Shown here: one piece after another, positions 7,598-17,001 of the stretch | How positions within the stretch are numbered: the stretch's first letter is position 1 | Layout of the letters: every line of letters starts with the position of its first letter | Virus record (IMG/VR): IMGVR_UViG_3300017913_001889 | Coordinates: 1-34,088 of that record | Length of the DNA: 34,088 nucleotides | Source of the DNA: a virus | Taxonomy: Duplodnaviria > Caudoviricetes | Direction: 5' to 3' (one strand) | The notes under the pieces: model-generated | What the model saw: the letters and a program-made list of their open reading frames with translations, nothing else | What the model was told of the DNA's origin: nothing | Database searches by the model: none | Program-made: the position numbers and the translations under genes

Positions 7598-7902
7598 TGG
7601 CCGGTAACTACAGTGCAACCAGCCCGTATGCACAAACACCCATTGTGGGGGGTGAGTATCTTGGAGTAATGGTAAACAGAAGCATACCTAAATACGCAGA
7701 TGACGTCAAGTTTACAATTAACGAAACCTACAATCTACGTCCAGACCTGTTGGCGTTTGATTTGTATGGCACTAGTAGTTTATGGTGGGTATTTGCACAA
7801 CGCAATCCAAATACTATAGCAGACCCGTTAATGGATTTCAAGAAAGGAACCAGCATCTATCTTCCTAAAAAAGATGTTTTAAAAACAGTATTAGGATTCT
7901 AA
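7597..7902 (+). CDS. gp53: Baseplate wedge subunit, gp53/LysM-like
   Basis: Has the RPDLLAFDLYGTSSLWWVFAQRN...IYLP motif. 101 aa with TAATG coupling. Confidence 0.8.
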   Translation: MAGNYSATSPYAQTPIVGGEYLGVMVNRSIPKYADDVKFTINETYNLRPDLLAFDLYGTSSLWWVFAQRNPNTIADPLMDFKKGTSIYLPKKDVLKTVLGF

Positions 7903-7905
7903 CCA

Positions 7906-10743
7906 GTGGCTACCTTTAATGAATATTCTGCCCGTTACGATAGGATACGCAACCTTTCATTTTCGCTGAGCAATCAAATCACTCTACTCAACAGCGAAGT
8001 ATCTCGGGGAGCTGTTAGTGGACCGCCGGATAACATTGACAGCAGAGCGGATGCTATAAACAGACAAATTGATGCTAGCATTGATCAACTTAATGCTCTC
8101 AGCGAGGAAATAGCTAGCTCAGATCTAACACTTTCTCAGCAGGAATCATTGCAAAACGTTATTGATGTAACTGGAAATGCATTGCTTGACATGCAACAAA
8201 GATTAAATGGCATAGAATCGCAAGCTAATCAAAATCAACAACGACGTAACCAGTTAGAACAAACACAAGCAAAAAACAGCGCACCAGAAATTGTAAAAAA
8301 CGAACAAGATGCAAATGCCGAAGGCGCTGAGGTTCAAAGCCCAGGGCAAGGCAATTTAATTCAGGACAAAAATGGCAGGGTCAGAACTGCACCTGAAAAC
8401 ACTAATACCTCTACTAATGCTAGAGTTGCCGAAACAGACGATGACGATCAAAGCAATGTAACTACGTCTACAGTAGGCGGAGATGGAGTTGTAGGCGGAG
8501 GAGATACAGCAAAAACAGCCGGCAATACTACCTTTGATGATGCAACAGACCCTGATCTTGTACGTTCTTCGACTGCTTCAACGACCAGTAGTACCAAACC
8601 TACAGTAGCAAAAGAATTTTTACAGCCTATTGTTGCTAAACCTAACCTGTTAAGCGGACTTAGTAGTATGACCTACAGTCTTAGCATGTACTTGATGAGT
8701 CCAGACGAGTTTGCTGCATTTGTAGAAGCAGAAGAAAAAATTGTGCCAACAAGACAACTTTTAATACAAAGTGGAGGCGCTAGCAAATCTGAACGCAACG
8801 AATGGTTTAATGTGGATTTCTACATAGAAAATCTTAAATTAGAAAGTGTAGTAGGAACGCAGGGTGTTGGCAGTCCTCACAACGCAGTAAGTTTGGAGTT
8901 TGAAGTGGTAGAGCCGCAAGGTATAACATTTCTCAATAGATTGAATAATGCAGTTATAAGCCATTTAGGAGAAGAGGCTACTGCTTCTAATGCAATGGCT
9001 CAGGGTTATTTGATGGTGATACGTTTTTACGGTTATGATGCTAGTGGTAATCCTGTAACGGCCTCAGATCTTGGACTACCACAAACTACTGATACAGAAG
9101 CAGTTGTTGAAAAATTTATACCTTTTAATATTACCAATTTCACATATAAAATTGGTGCCAAACTTACACAGTATAATATCAAAGGCGCTTGTACAGGAAC
9201 AAACACAGCATTTAGCACACAGCGAGGGGAAGTGCCTTTCAACATGCAACTCACAGCAGGTACTGTTGATCAGTTGTTCAACGGTAACGTAGTGCTTGCT
9301 GAATCACAAGCAGATGAAAGCAATGCACCAAAGCAAAATAACACAACAGGGACAGTTGTTTATGGGCTAACACAAGCACTTAACAAGCATCAACGTAAAC
9401 TGGTCAGCAACGGTAGTATTGAAATAGCAGACGAATATGAAATTGTATTCCAAGATTCGGATATTAAAAATGCTGAGTTACTTAAACCTGGTAATGCAAA
9501 TAAAGGAACTGCCAGCAATCAAACAAATCAACAAGCAGCACAAAAGTTTTTAAACAGCAAATTAAACTACAACAAAAAAGACCGAAGTTGGAGTGTACCA
9601 GCAGGTACACAAATAGCACAATTGCTAGACTTGGTTATAAGAACCAGCAGTTATATTACCAGCCAACAAAACTTTATTTTTGATGAAAAAACTGGCAAAT
9701 ACAAAGCACAGCAATCAAAAGTGCCAACCGTTCAGTGGTACAGAGTGAAGTCACAGGTTAAACCAATTGGTTATGACAAGAAAAGAAAAACACTTGCTTA
9801 CAAGATAACCTATTTTGTAAACAAGTATCAAATCAACACTCCAAGAAGTCCTCATTTTCCTGCAGCACAATACCGAGGAGTACACAAACTGTACAACTGG
9901 ATATTCACAGGACAAAACACAGAAGTTCTGGATTTTGAAATCGACGTCAACAGCAACTATTATGCGGTAATAGGCAATGATGGGCTTAGAGACGATACAC
10001 CAAATGGTAGTATTCCTGTACAACAATCGTACAGTTCAGCACCTGGGCAAAGCCTGCAAGGAGGAGAACGTAACAGTACTTTTCCTGCTGCAAACTTGAG
10101 CGATAGACTTTACAACGAAGGAGATGTTGCACGGAGTGAAATCGAAATCGTAGGCGATCCTGATTGGATACAACAAAGCGAAATAGTATACAACAAATCT
10201 GTTGGCTTATCACCATTTTTGCCTGACGGGGGTGTTAACTATGACAGTCAGGAAGTATTGTTTGAAATACGTTTCAACCCTGGGCAAGACTATGATTTAA
10301 GCACTGGTTTAAGCAATGTATACGAAAACAATAGAACTATACATGCCAATGGACAAGTATTAGATACAAATGTAGCACAAGAGAGTTTGGTTTTTAATGC
10401 TATTACTGTGACCAGTATGTTTAGTGACGGTTCCTTTACTCAAAGACTAGTAGGAACCTATAGAGATTTTGCAGGAGCAAAAGATGCGTCGCCAGATGAT
10501 CAAGTAAAACCTGCTAAGACAACTGAACAACAGTTAAGTAATACAGATTTAAATGCAAACGACACTGGGCCTGTGCAACGTAGATCTACAGGATTGCGAG
10601 AAGGTGTGTCAGCATCGGATGTTAGAACCAACAAAGGCGTAGTAGTTGAATTTGTAGATAGTGTCCCTGGAGGCAATGACGACGATGCAGGCTTTAGAAT
10701 TGACAGTAGAGGTAACAGGGTAAACTTTAACCTAAACAGATAG
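7906..10743 (+). CDS. Baseplate hub protein, gp27/GpD-like, with N-terminal coiled coil and low-complexity linker
   Basis: Lies between gp53 and gp5-like genes. Has FEVVEPQG.TF and the C-terminal EIEIVGDPDWI...VTSMFSDGSFTQRL pattern of hub proteins. Confidence 0.6.
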   Translation: MATFNEYSARYDRIRNLSFSLSNQITLLNSEVSRGAVSGPPDNIDSRADAINRQIDASIDQLNALSEEIASSDLTLSQQESLQNVIDVTGNALLDMQQRLNGIESQANQNQQRRNQLEQTQAKNSAPEIVKNEQDANAEGAEVQSPGQGNLIQDKNGRVRTAPENTNTSTNARVAETDDDDQSNVTTSTVGGDGVVGGGDTAKTAGNTTFDDATDPDLVRSSTASTTSSTKPTVAKEFLQPIVAKPNLLSGLSSMTYSLSMYLMSPDEFAAFVEAEEKIVPTRQLLIQSGGASKSERNEWFNVDFYIENLKLESVVGTQGVGSPHNAVSLEFEVVEPQGITFLNRLNNAVISHLGEEATASNAMAQGYLMVIRFYGYDASGNPVTASDLGLPQTTDTEAVVEKFIPFNITNFTYKIGAKLTQYNIKGACTGTNTAFSTQRGEVPFNMQLTAGTVDQLFNGNVVLAESQADESNAPKQNNTTGTVVYGLTQALNKHQRKLVSNGSIEIADEYEIVFQDSDIKNAELLKPGNANKGTASNQTNQQAAQKFLNSKLNYNKKDRSWSVPAGTQIAQLLDLVIRTSSYITSQQNFIFDEKTGKYKAQQSKVPTVQWYRVKSQVKPIGYDKKRKTLAYKITYFVNKYQINTPRSPHFPAAQYRGVHKLYNWIFTGQNTEVLDFEIDVNSNYYAVIGNDGLRDDTPNGSIPVQQSYSSAPGQSLQGGERNSTFPAANLSDRLYNEGDVARSEIEIVGDPDWIQQSEIVYNKSVGLSPFLPDGGVNYDSQEVLFEIRFNPGQDYDLSTGLSNVYENNRTIHANGQVLDTNVAQESLVFNAITVTSMFSDGSFTQRLVGTYRDFAGAKDASPDDQVKPAKTTEQQLSNTDLNANDTGPVQRRSTGLREGVSASDVRTNKGVVVEFVDSVPGGNDDDAGFRIDSRGNRVNFNLNR

Positions 10744-10744
10744 C

Positions 10745-13165
10745 ATGGCAGAAAATTTTGACAGAAGTGTAGGCCGTAGTAAGCGGTATAAATTGGATGC
10801 AGGTGGAGCACCAGCAGAATCTGGTCCGTTTGTTGGTTTGGTAAAAAATAACACAGACACTACCCGCACTGGTAAACTAATGGTTTACAACGAATTTCTC
10901 AGCGGTCCAGACGAAAACGACCCTGCAGGATGGACACCGGTAAGCTATGTAAGCCCATTTTTTGGTAGTACCAACGGAAGTTCAAGCGAAACCGGCGAAG
11001 GCGCTTTCGCTCAAAACAAACACAGCTATGGTATGTGGTTTACACCACCAGATGTAGGGACAAAAGTGCTTTTTGTTTTTGCAAACGGAGATCCTAACAT
11101 AGGATATTATTTAGGAACCGTTGTTAATGAAGATGCACACCACATGGTTCCTGCTATAGGAAGCACAAGTAACATAACACAAACAGATAGATCCAGTACT
11201 CCTTATTTTGCAAACAGCAATAGATTGCCTGCTGTAGAGTTCAACGATAATAACAAATCTCTAAGGGAAAGTCCTAGATTTTTTGATAGTGCAAAACCAG
11301 TGCATCAAGTTCAGGCATTTGCATTATTACAGCAAGGATTACTCAATGATCCTATTCGCGGAAGCATAGGATCGCACAGCTATAGAGAAAGTCCTAGTAC
11401 AGTGTTTGGTATCAGCACACCGGGTAGACCTATATATCAAGGAGGATATTCTGCTGACACTTTACAATCTAGATTAAATCAAGACGCAAATAATCCAGGC
11501 AGTGTACCTGCTGAAAGTATGAAAGTGGTCGGCCGGGAGGGCGGACACAGTGTTGTAATGGACGATGGTGACATCAACGGTGACGATCAACTAATCAGAA
11601 TTCGCACTGCAAAAGGACATCAAATACTTTTAAGTGACAGTGGAGACACACTGTACATTGCTCATGCCAACGGACAAACATGGTGGGAGTTGGGTGCTGA
11701 AGGCACTATAGACATGTATGCTGCAAACAGTGTTAACATACGCGGTGGTGATGTTAATATCCATGCTGACAGAACTTTGAATATGTTTGGCTCTAGTGTA
11801 AACTTGGTAAGCAATAGCACAATTAATGTCGAAGGCAAACAAATGCAAATTACCGCATCTGAAAGTTTACTTGCACACAGCGACAAGTTTATTGGCGTAA
11901 AAAGCGATGGCACTTTAAGCATGCAAAGCACCAAAGCAGGAACATGGGACGGTGGTGGATCAATGGTGCTAAGTGCAGGTTGTATTGATCTGAATGGCGG
12001 TAAAGCGCCTAGCGTGCCTAAAACTACACCAGTACCTAAACAAAAATTACCAGATACCAAGTTCACACAAAATGTTGGTTGGGAAGTTGAAAACAGCAAA
12101 ATAGAAACTATTGTTTCGAGAGCGCCGACACATGAACCCTGGCCTGCACACAACACAGGTGTAAGTAAAGTTACGAACTATGCTGGAACCACAACCACTG
12201 AAGCTTTGCCTGCTGTAACTGAAAAACTAGACAGTATACAAGACACAGAGTTTACAAAGATTACATCCACTAATTTTGAGACACAGCCATTAGTTGAAGC
12301 ATCACTGGGAACACTGCAACCTGAGCATTTAACAGGCATGCTAGCACAAGCAAACCTTAATGTTGATCAAGCCCACAATGTTATTAGCAACGAACTAGGT
12401 TTAGGAAAATACGGACTTAGTGCTGAACAATTGGAAAACGCCGGGTATCTTAAGCCTGGTACAACTGAATTTTTCTTAAAGGACGGCAAAGCTACTCTAG
12501 ATAATGTGCTACAAAGCACCACTGTGTGGAGCGGTAAAAATGGAGTAAGCAATCTTACAAGTATCTTAGGAGACGAACCACTTCAAGATTTTGTTAAAAC
12601 TGATTTGTACACTACATCATTTAATGACCTTAGATCACAAGGATTATTAACTGGCAGTGAAGATCCAGAAAACATTGCACCTCTTGTGGAAGCCACTAGT
12701 AAATTTGGTCTAACTGAAACTAAGAACTGGATAAATGGTAAAGAAACAACTAGTTTAGGCAAAGACATAGACAAAACAGCTAGAAGTTCGCAGTATAGTG
12801 TTAGTTTAGTTAATCAAAAGTTATCAGAGGAAGTTAAAGGATACTCAACAGTGTCGTCAAGTACAGGTACCGTAAACAGAACTGTAGTTGACAGTGCTGC
12901 TGAAACTATTATAACTGAGAAAAAAGTAAGCAAACCTTCTTATGCAACTGCAAGTACAGCAAGAACAAGAGATCCAAACGATCCTAGAAGACTTGCACTT
13001 GAACAACAGGTTAATAATATAACCAATGTAGAAATACCAGCAGCTAAAACAAAATATCTCAATGATAACCCAGGTAAAAAGTTTGCCGATTTCTTGCGTA
13101 GCAGTGAATATAAATCACTTAAAGCAAAACGAGATGCTTTACAATCACAAATAGAAAGTTTATAA
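10745..13165 (+). CDS. Baseplate central spike, gp5/VgrG-like (OB-fold, beta-helix, C-terminal lysozyme-like domain)
   Basis: Has the OB-fold motif SYGMWFTPPDVGTKVLFVFANGDPNIGYYLG, GHSVVMDDG/RTAKGHQILLSD, beta-strand repeats ending CIDLNG, then RAPTHEPWPAH, followed by a GKYG...GYLKPG...WSGKNG domain. Confidence 0.8.
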   Translation: MAENFDRSVGRSKRYKLDAGGAPAESGPFVGLVKNNTDTTRTGKLMVYNEFLSGPDENDPAGWTPVSYVSPFFGSTNGSSSETGEGAFAQNKHSYGMWFTPPDVGTKVLFVFANGDPNIGYYLGTVVNEDAHHMVPAIGSTSNITQTDRSSTPYFANSNRLPAVEFNDNNKSLRESPRFFDSAKPVHQVQAFALLQQGLLNDPIRGSIGSHSYRESPSTVFGISTPGRPIYQGGYSADTLQSRLNQDANNPGSVPAESMKVVGREGGHSVVMDDGDINGDDQLIRIRTAKGHQILLSDSGDTLYIAHANGQTWWELGAEGTIDMYAANSVNIRGGDVNIHADRTLNMFGSSVNLVSNSTINVEGKQMQITASESLLAHSDKFIGVKSDGTLSMQSTKAGTWDGGGSMVLSAGCIDLNGGKAPSVPKTTPVPKQKLPDTKFTQNVGWEVENSKIETIVSRAPTHEPWPAHNTGVSKVTNYAGTTTTEALPAVTEKLDSIQDTEFTKITSTNFETQPLVEASLGTLQPEHLTGMLAQANLNVDQAHNVISNELGLGKYGLSAEQLENAGYLKPGTTEFFLKDGKATLDNVLQSTTVWSGKNGVSNLTSILGDEPLQDFVKTDLYTTSFNDLRSQGLLTGSEDPENIAPLVEATSKFGLTETKNWINGKETTSLGKDIDKTARSSQYSVSLVNQKLSEEVKGYSTVSSSTGTVNRTVVDSAAETIITEKKVSKPSYATASTARTRDPNDPRRLALEQQVNNITNVEIPAAKTKYLNDNPGKKFADFLRSSEYKSLKAKRDALQSQIESL

Positions 13166-13168
13166 ATA
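13161..13168 (+). promoter_or_regulatory. T4-type late promoter TATAAATA
   Basis: Exact T4 late consensus. It contains the upstream gene's stop codon and ends 4 nt before the gp25 ATG. Confidence 0.75.
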
Positions 13169-13172
13169 CGTT

Positions 13173-13553
13173 ATGGCAACTTTTATTGGATATAACACAA
13201 TCGGACAGTACAAAACGTACACGTTAACTGACCAAGATCTTATTAAGAGAGATATACTAAATTCTTTGAGCATTCGCCAAGGCGAAAGTATAATGCGTCC
13301 TGAAAACGGGACATCTCTTTGGGATTTTGTGTTTGATCCAATGACAACAGAAGTTGTATCGCGTATCGAAGAAGAAGTACAACGTGTTATAGGAAAAGAT
13401 CCTAGAGTAAATGTAACAGAAGTTATTGTTTACACTCAGGAAAACGGTGTACTACTCGAAGTTCAAGTTGAAACAGTGTTAGGCATAGGCCCACTAGACC
13501 TAATTATTTTGTTTGATCAAGAAGCAAATTCTGTAAGTTACATTCAAACATAA
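13173..13553 (+). CDS. gp25: Baseplate wedge/sheath initiator, gp25-like
   Basis: Has the LIKRDILNSLSIRQGESIMRPENGTSLWDFVFDP...DPRV GPW/gp25 pattern. Confidence 0.9.
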   Translation: MATFIGYNTIGQYKTYTLTDQDLIKRDILNSLSIRQGESIMRPENGTSLWDFVFDPMTTEVVSRIEEEVQRVIGKDPRVNVTEVIVYTQENGVLLEVQVETVLGIGPLDLIILFDQEANSVSYIQT

Positions 13554-13573
13554 ACTACCCAGATTAAGATTGC

Positions 13574-13581
13574 CATAAATA
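13574..13581 (+). promoter_or_regulatory. T4-type late promoter CATAAATA
   Basis: Intergenic, upstream of a GGAAGGT SD-like sequence and the gp6 ATG at 13600. Confidence 0.7.
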
Positions 13582-13599
13582 CTCTATCGGAAGGTAATT

Positions 13600-16500
13600 A
13601 TGGCTAAAACAACAAGACAATCAAGTATTTTTGGAGTAGAAGACTGGAAGCGAATCTACGAAACCTATAGAGAAGCAGACTTTCAAAGCTACGATTTTGA
13701 AACTCTAAGAAAGAGTTTCGTAGACTATATTCGTCTTTACTACCCTGAAAGCTATAACGATTATATCGAAAGCAGTGAGTTTGTTGCACTGTTAGATTTG
13801 ATGGCTTTTATGGGTCAAGCCGTTAGTTTCCGTAATGATTTAAACACAAGAGAAAATTTTCTTGATACTGCTGAGCGTCGTGACAGTGTGGTACGTCTTG
13901 CAGAGCTTGTTGGTTACACACCCAAGCGAAATCAAAGTGCAAAAGGATATATCAAAGTCACTAGTGTTAGCACAACAGAAAATGTTGTAGATTACAACGG
14001 TATCAATCTTAGCAATGTTGTTGTGAACTGGAATGATACTGTCAACCCGGGCTGGCTTGAACAGTTTACAGTTATTATAAATGCAGCCTTAGTAAACAGC
14101 CAACGATTTGGACGTCCAGGAGCTACTAAGAGTATTCTCGGTACACAAACAGACGAATATACATTGAATCTTATCGAAGGCTTACTACCGGTTGTACCTT
14201 TTACATCAACTGTAAATGACACAGAAATGTCATTTGAAGCAATCAGTGCAACAACAGAAGACGCTGATTATGTGTATGAGCCGAATCCACGTCCAGATGG
14301 CGAATTCAATGTTTTATATAGAAACGACAGCAAAGGTTATGCTAGTCCAAACACAGGATTTTTCTTTTTCTTTAAACAAGGAAGTTTGCAAGCACAAAAC
14401 TTTACACTAACAGAGCGTGTAGCAAACAGATTGGTTAATATTAATATCGAAGGCATTAACAATGATGACGTGTGGCTTTACAAATTAAATTCTGACGGCA
14501 CTGTAGGAGGAGAGTGGACTAAGGTAGAAAACATTTATTCTGCTAGCAACGCACAAACTGACATCGACTCGAGAACTTTCTTTAGTGTAGGAAGTCGTGC
14601 TAATGATCAAATTGATCTCAGCTTTGGGGACGGTGTGTTTGGTGACATACCAGTTGGTAATTTTAGAACTTATGTAAGAAGCAGTAACGGGTTGCGTTAC
14701 ATTATCAATCCGCAAGACATGCAAAATGTTAGTTTAAGTTTTACCTATGTGAGTAGAACTGGCAGAAATGAAACTATAACATTCACCTGTCAACTTAGTC
14801 AACCAGTAAGTAATGCTAATAACAGAGAAAACATAGACGATATCAAGAACAGAGCTCCTGCAAAATTTTATACACAAAATAGAATGGTAAATGGTGAAGA
14901 TTATAACAATATGCCTTACACTCTGTTTGGGACAATCATAAAGAGTAAAGCAATTAATCGAAGCAGTATAGGTACAAGTAGATACTTAGATCTAGTTGAC
15001 ATCACAGGCAAGTATAGTTCAACAAATGTGTTTGGCAGTGACGGTCTACTATACGAAGAAAATAAACTGCCGAACTTTACTTTTACATTTGTTGACACCA
15101 ATGACATTAACAATGTGATTAGAAATCAGTTAGAGCCTGCTATTACAGAAAGAGGCATGCTGGAATTCTACTACAAGAATTTTGATAGACAAACTATCAG
15201 TGGGTTAGAGTGGGAACAAAGTACAACTTTGGCTAACCAAACTACTGGATATTTCAAAAATAGCAGTACTGAAGATCCTGCTCCTGTGGGATCTTCTACC
15301 ACAGATACCACGCAGTTTATCGTCGAAGATGCATTAGTTAAATTTGAAGCACCGTCTGGTCAGTATTTTGATAAAAACAATAGATTAAAAACAGGAACAC
15401 CAACTTTACCAGATGACAAACTTGTAATCTGGGCTACAGTGGTTGATTTATATCTAAATGGAACAAATTTTGGAGCAGGTAACTTGTCAGATGGATCAGG
15501 GCCTGTAACATTAAACAATTTTGTTCCAAGCGACGCAATACCTACACAAGTCATTCCAATTTTTATAAGTGATTTGCCGGTAGACTTTGAAACAGATATC
15601 ACTGAGCAAATAGAATTGTATAAAGAGTTTGGCATAGGCTTTGACGAAGTTGATGGAGAGTGGTATGTAATTACATCTGCTAACCTAAACTCAGCTAATA
15701 CATTTAGCAATACAAATGCCAAAGACACTAACGGCACTGGAAGAGACAATAGCTGGCTTGTAAAATTTACAAACGATGGTGTAACGTATACAGTTACATC
15801 AAGAAGTTTACAACGCTTCTTTGCTAGCATACAACAAACACGTTTCTTTTATGATGGCACACAACAAGTTTATGACTCAAAAACTGGTGAAGTAGTAAAT
15901 GATTTTGTTAACGTTCTCAAAACCAACAACAAACCAGATTCGAGTAGTCCTCTTAATGGCGATGTACTATTAGACATAATTGGGCAACCAGCAGAAAGCG
16001 ACGGCTTTGTGGATGATTTCCGAGTACGAGTAAGTTACAGTGATTTTGACAATGACGGAATTCCAGACGATCCAGATTACTTTGAAACATTGATTGCACC
16101 GGACACAAATTCTACTAGCAAAAAGATATTCTTACAGCAAACAACAGACTTTGACAATCTTGAAAGAAGCACACCACTTGCATCGGGTGATGTGATTACA
16201 AGCCTGGCTACATTGGCAGCAATTGAATTAGTAAAAAGTGAATACCCAGACGGGCAAGTGTTTTATGCAAGTACTGATGAAGAGTTTTACTCGTTGTCAG
16301 TTGACAGCGACGGCGTAAGAACTATCAGTGAAGCATCGGGTTACTCTGTGTTCACAGGTAGACAAGACTTTAGTTTTCAATATAGACATAATGCGCCACT
16401 AAGCAGAAGAATCGACCCAGGCACAACCAATATCATTGACATTTATTTGGTGACAAACAGTTACTACACAGCCTATCAAAACTACATCAACGACAGTACA

Positions 16501-17001
16501 AACACTGTAGCAGAACCAGTTCAACCTACTATTAACGAACTAAGCACAGATTATGAAAGCATAAACGAATATAAAATGATCAGTGACAATGTTATTTTAA
16601 ACAGTGTACGATTTAAACCATTGTTCGGTAGCAAAGCCGAAGCTGATCTTAGAGCTATTATTAAAGTTATTAAGAATGCAAACAGCACAGTTAGTAACAG
16701 TGAAATCAGAAGCAGAACGCTTGCTTCCATGAACATCTACTTTAGTATTGACAATTGGGATTTCGGCGATACATTTTATTTTTCGGAATTAAGTGCGTAC
16801 TTACACGAGCAACTGGGTGATATTATCAGCAGTGTTGTATTAGTGCCAGTTGATCCTCTCAAGAGCTTCGGGGATCTATATGAAATAAGAAGCGAAGCAG
16901 ACGAAATTTTTGTTAACGCAGCAAGTGTTAACGATATCGAAGTTGTAGATGCATTAACAAGTAGCACATTAAGAACAGCAAGTAACAGTGGAGTACAATA
17001 A
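13600..17001 (+). CDS. gp6: Baseplate wedge protein, gp6-like (extended, 1133 aa)
   Basis: Has YDFETLR, ENFLDTAERRDSVVRLAELVGYTPKR, FGDGVFGDIP and ENIDDIKNRAP...QNRMVNGEDY motifs. Follows gp25. Confidence 0.88.
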   Translation: MAKTTRQSSIFGVEDWKRIYETYREADFQSYDFETLRKSFVDYIRLYYPESYNDYIESSEFVALLDLMAFMGQAVSFRNDLNTRENFLDTAERRDSVVRLAELVGYTPKRNQSAKGYIKVTSVSTTENVVDYNGINLSNVVVNWNDTVNPGWLEQFTVIINAALVNSQRFGRPGATKSILGTQTDEYTLNLIEGLLPVVPFTSTVNDTEMSFEAISATTEDADYVYEPNPRPDGEFNVLYRNDSKGYASPNTGFFFFFKQGSLQAQNFTLTERVANRLVNINIEGINNDDVWLYKLNSDGTVGGEWTKVENIYSASNAQTDIDSRTFFSVGSRANDQIDLSFGDGVFGDIPVGNFRTYVRSSNGLRYIINPQDMQNVSLSFTYVSRTGRNETITFTCQLSQPVSNANNRENIDDIKNRAPAKFYTQNRMVNGEDYNNMPYTLFGTIIKSKAINRSSIGTSRYLDLVDITGKYSSTNVFGSDGLLYEENKLPNFTFTFVDTNDINNVIRNQLEPAITERGMLEFYYKNFDRQTISGLEWEQSTTLANQTTGYFKNSSTEDPAPVGSSTTDTTQFIVEDALVKFEAPSGQYFDKNNRLKTGTPTLPDDKLVIWATVVDLYLNGTNFGAGNLSDGSGPVTLNNFVPSDAIPTQVIPIFISDLPVDFETDITEQIELYKEFGIGFDEVDGEWYVITSANLNSANTFSNTNAKDTNGTGRDNSWLVKFTNDGVTYTVTSRSLQRFFASIQQTRFFYDGTQQVYDSKTGEVVNDFVNVLKTNNKPDSSSPLNGDVLLDIIGQPAESDGFVDDFRVRVSYSDFDNDGIPDDPDYFETLIAPDTNSTSKKIFLQQTTDFDNLERSTPLASGDVITSLATLAAIELVKSEYPDGQVFYASTDEEFYSLSVDSDGVRTISEASGYSVFTGRQDFSFQYRHNAPLSRRIDPGTTNIIDIYLVTNSYYTAYQNYINDSTNTVAEPVQPTINELSTDYESINEYKMISDNVILNSVRFKPLFGSKAEADLRAIIKVIKNANSTVSNSEIRSRTLASMNIYFSIDNWDFGDTFYFSELSAYLHEQLGDIISSVVLVPVDPLKSFGDLYEIRSEADEIFVNAASVNDIEVVDALTSSTLRTASNSGVQ

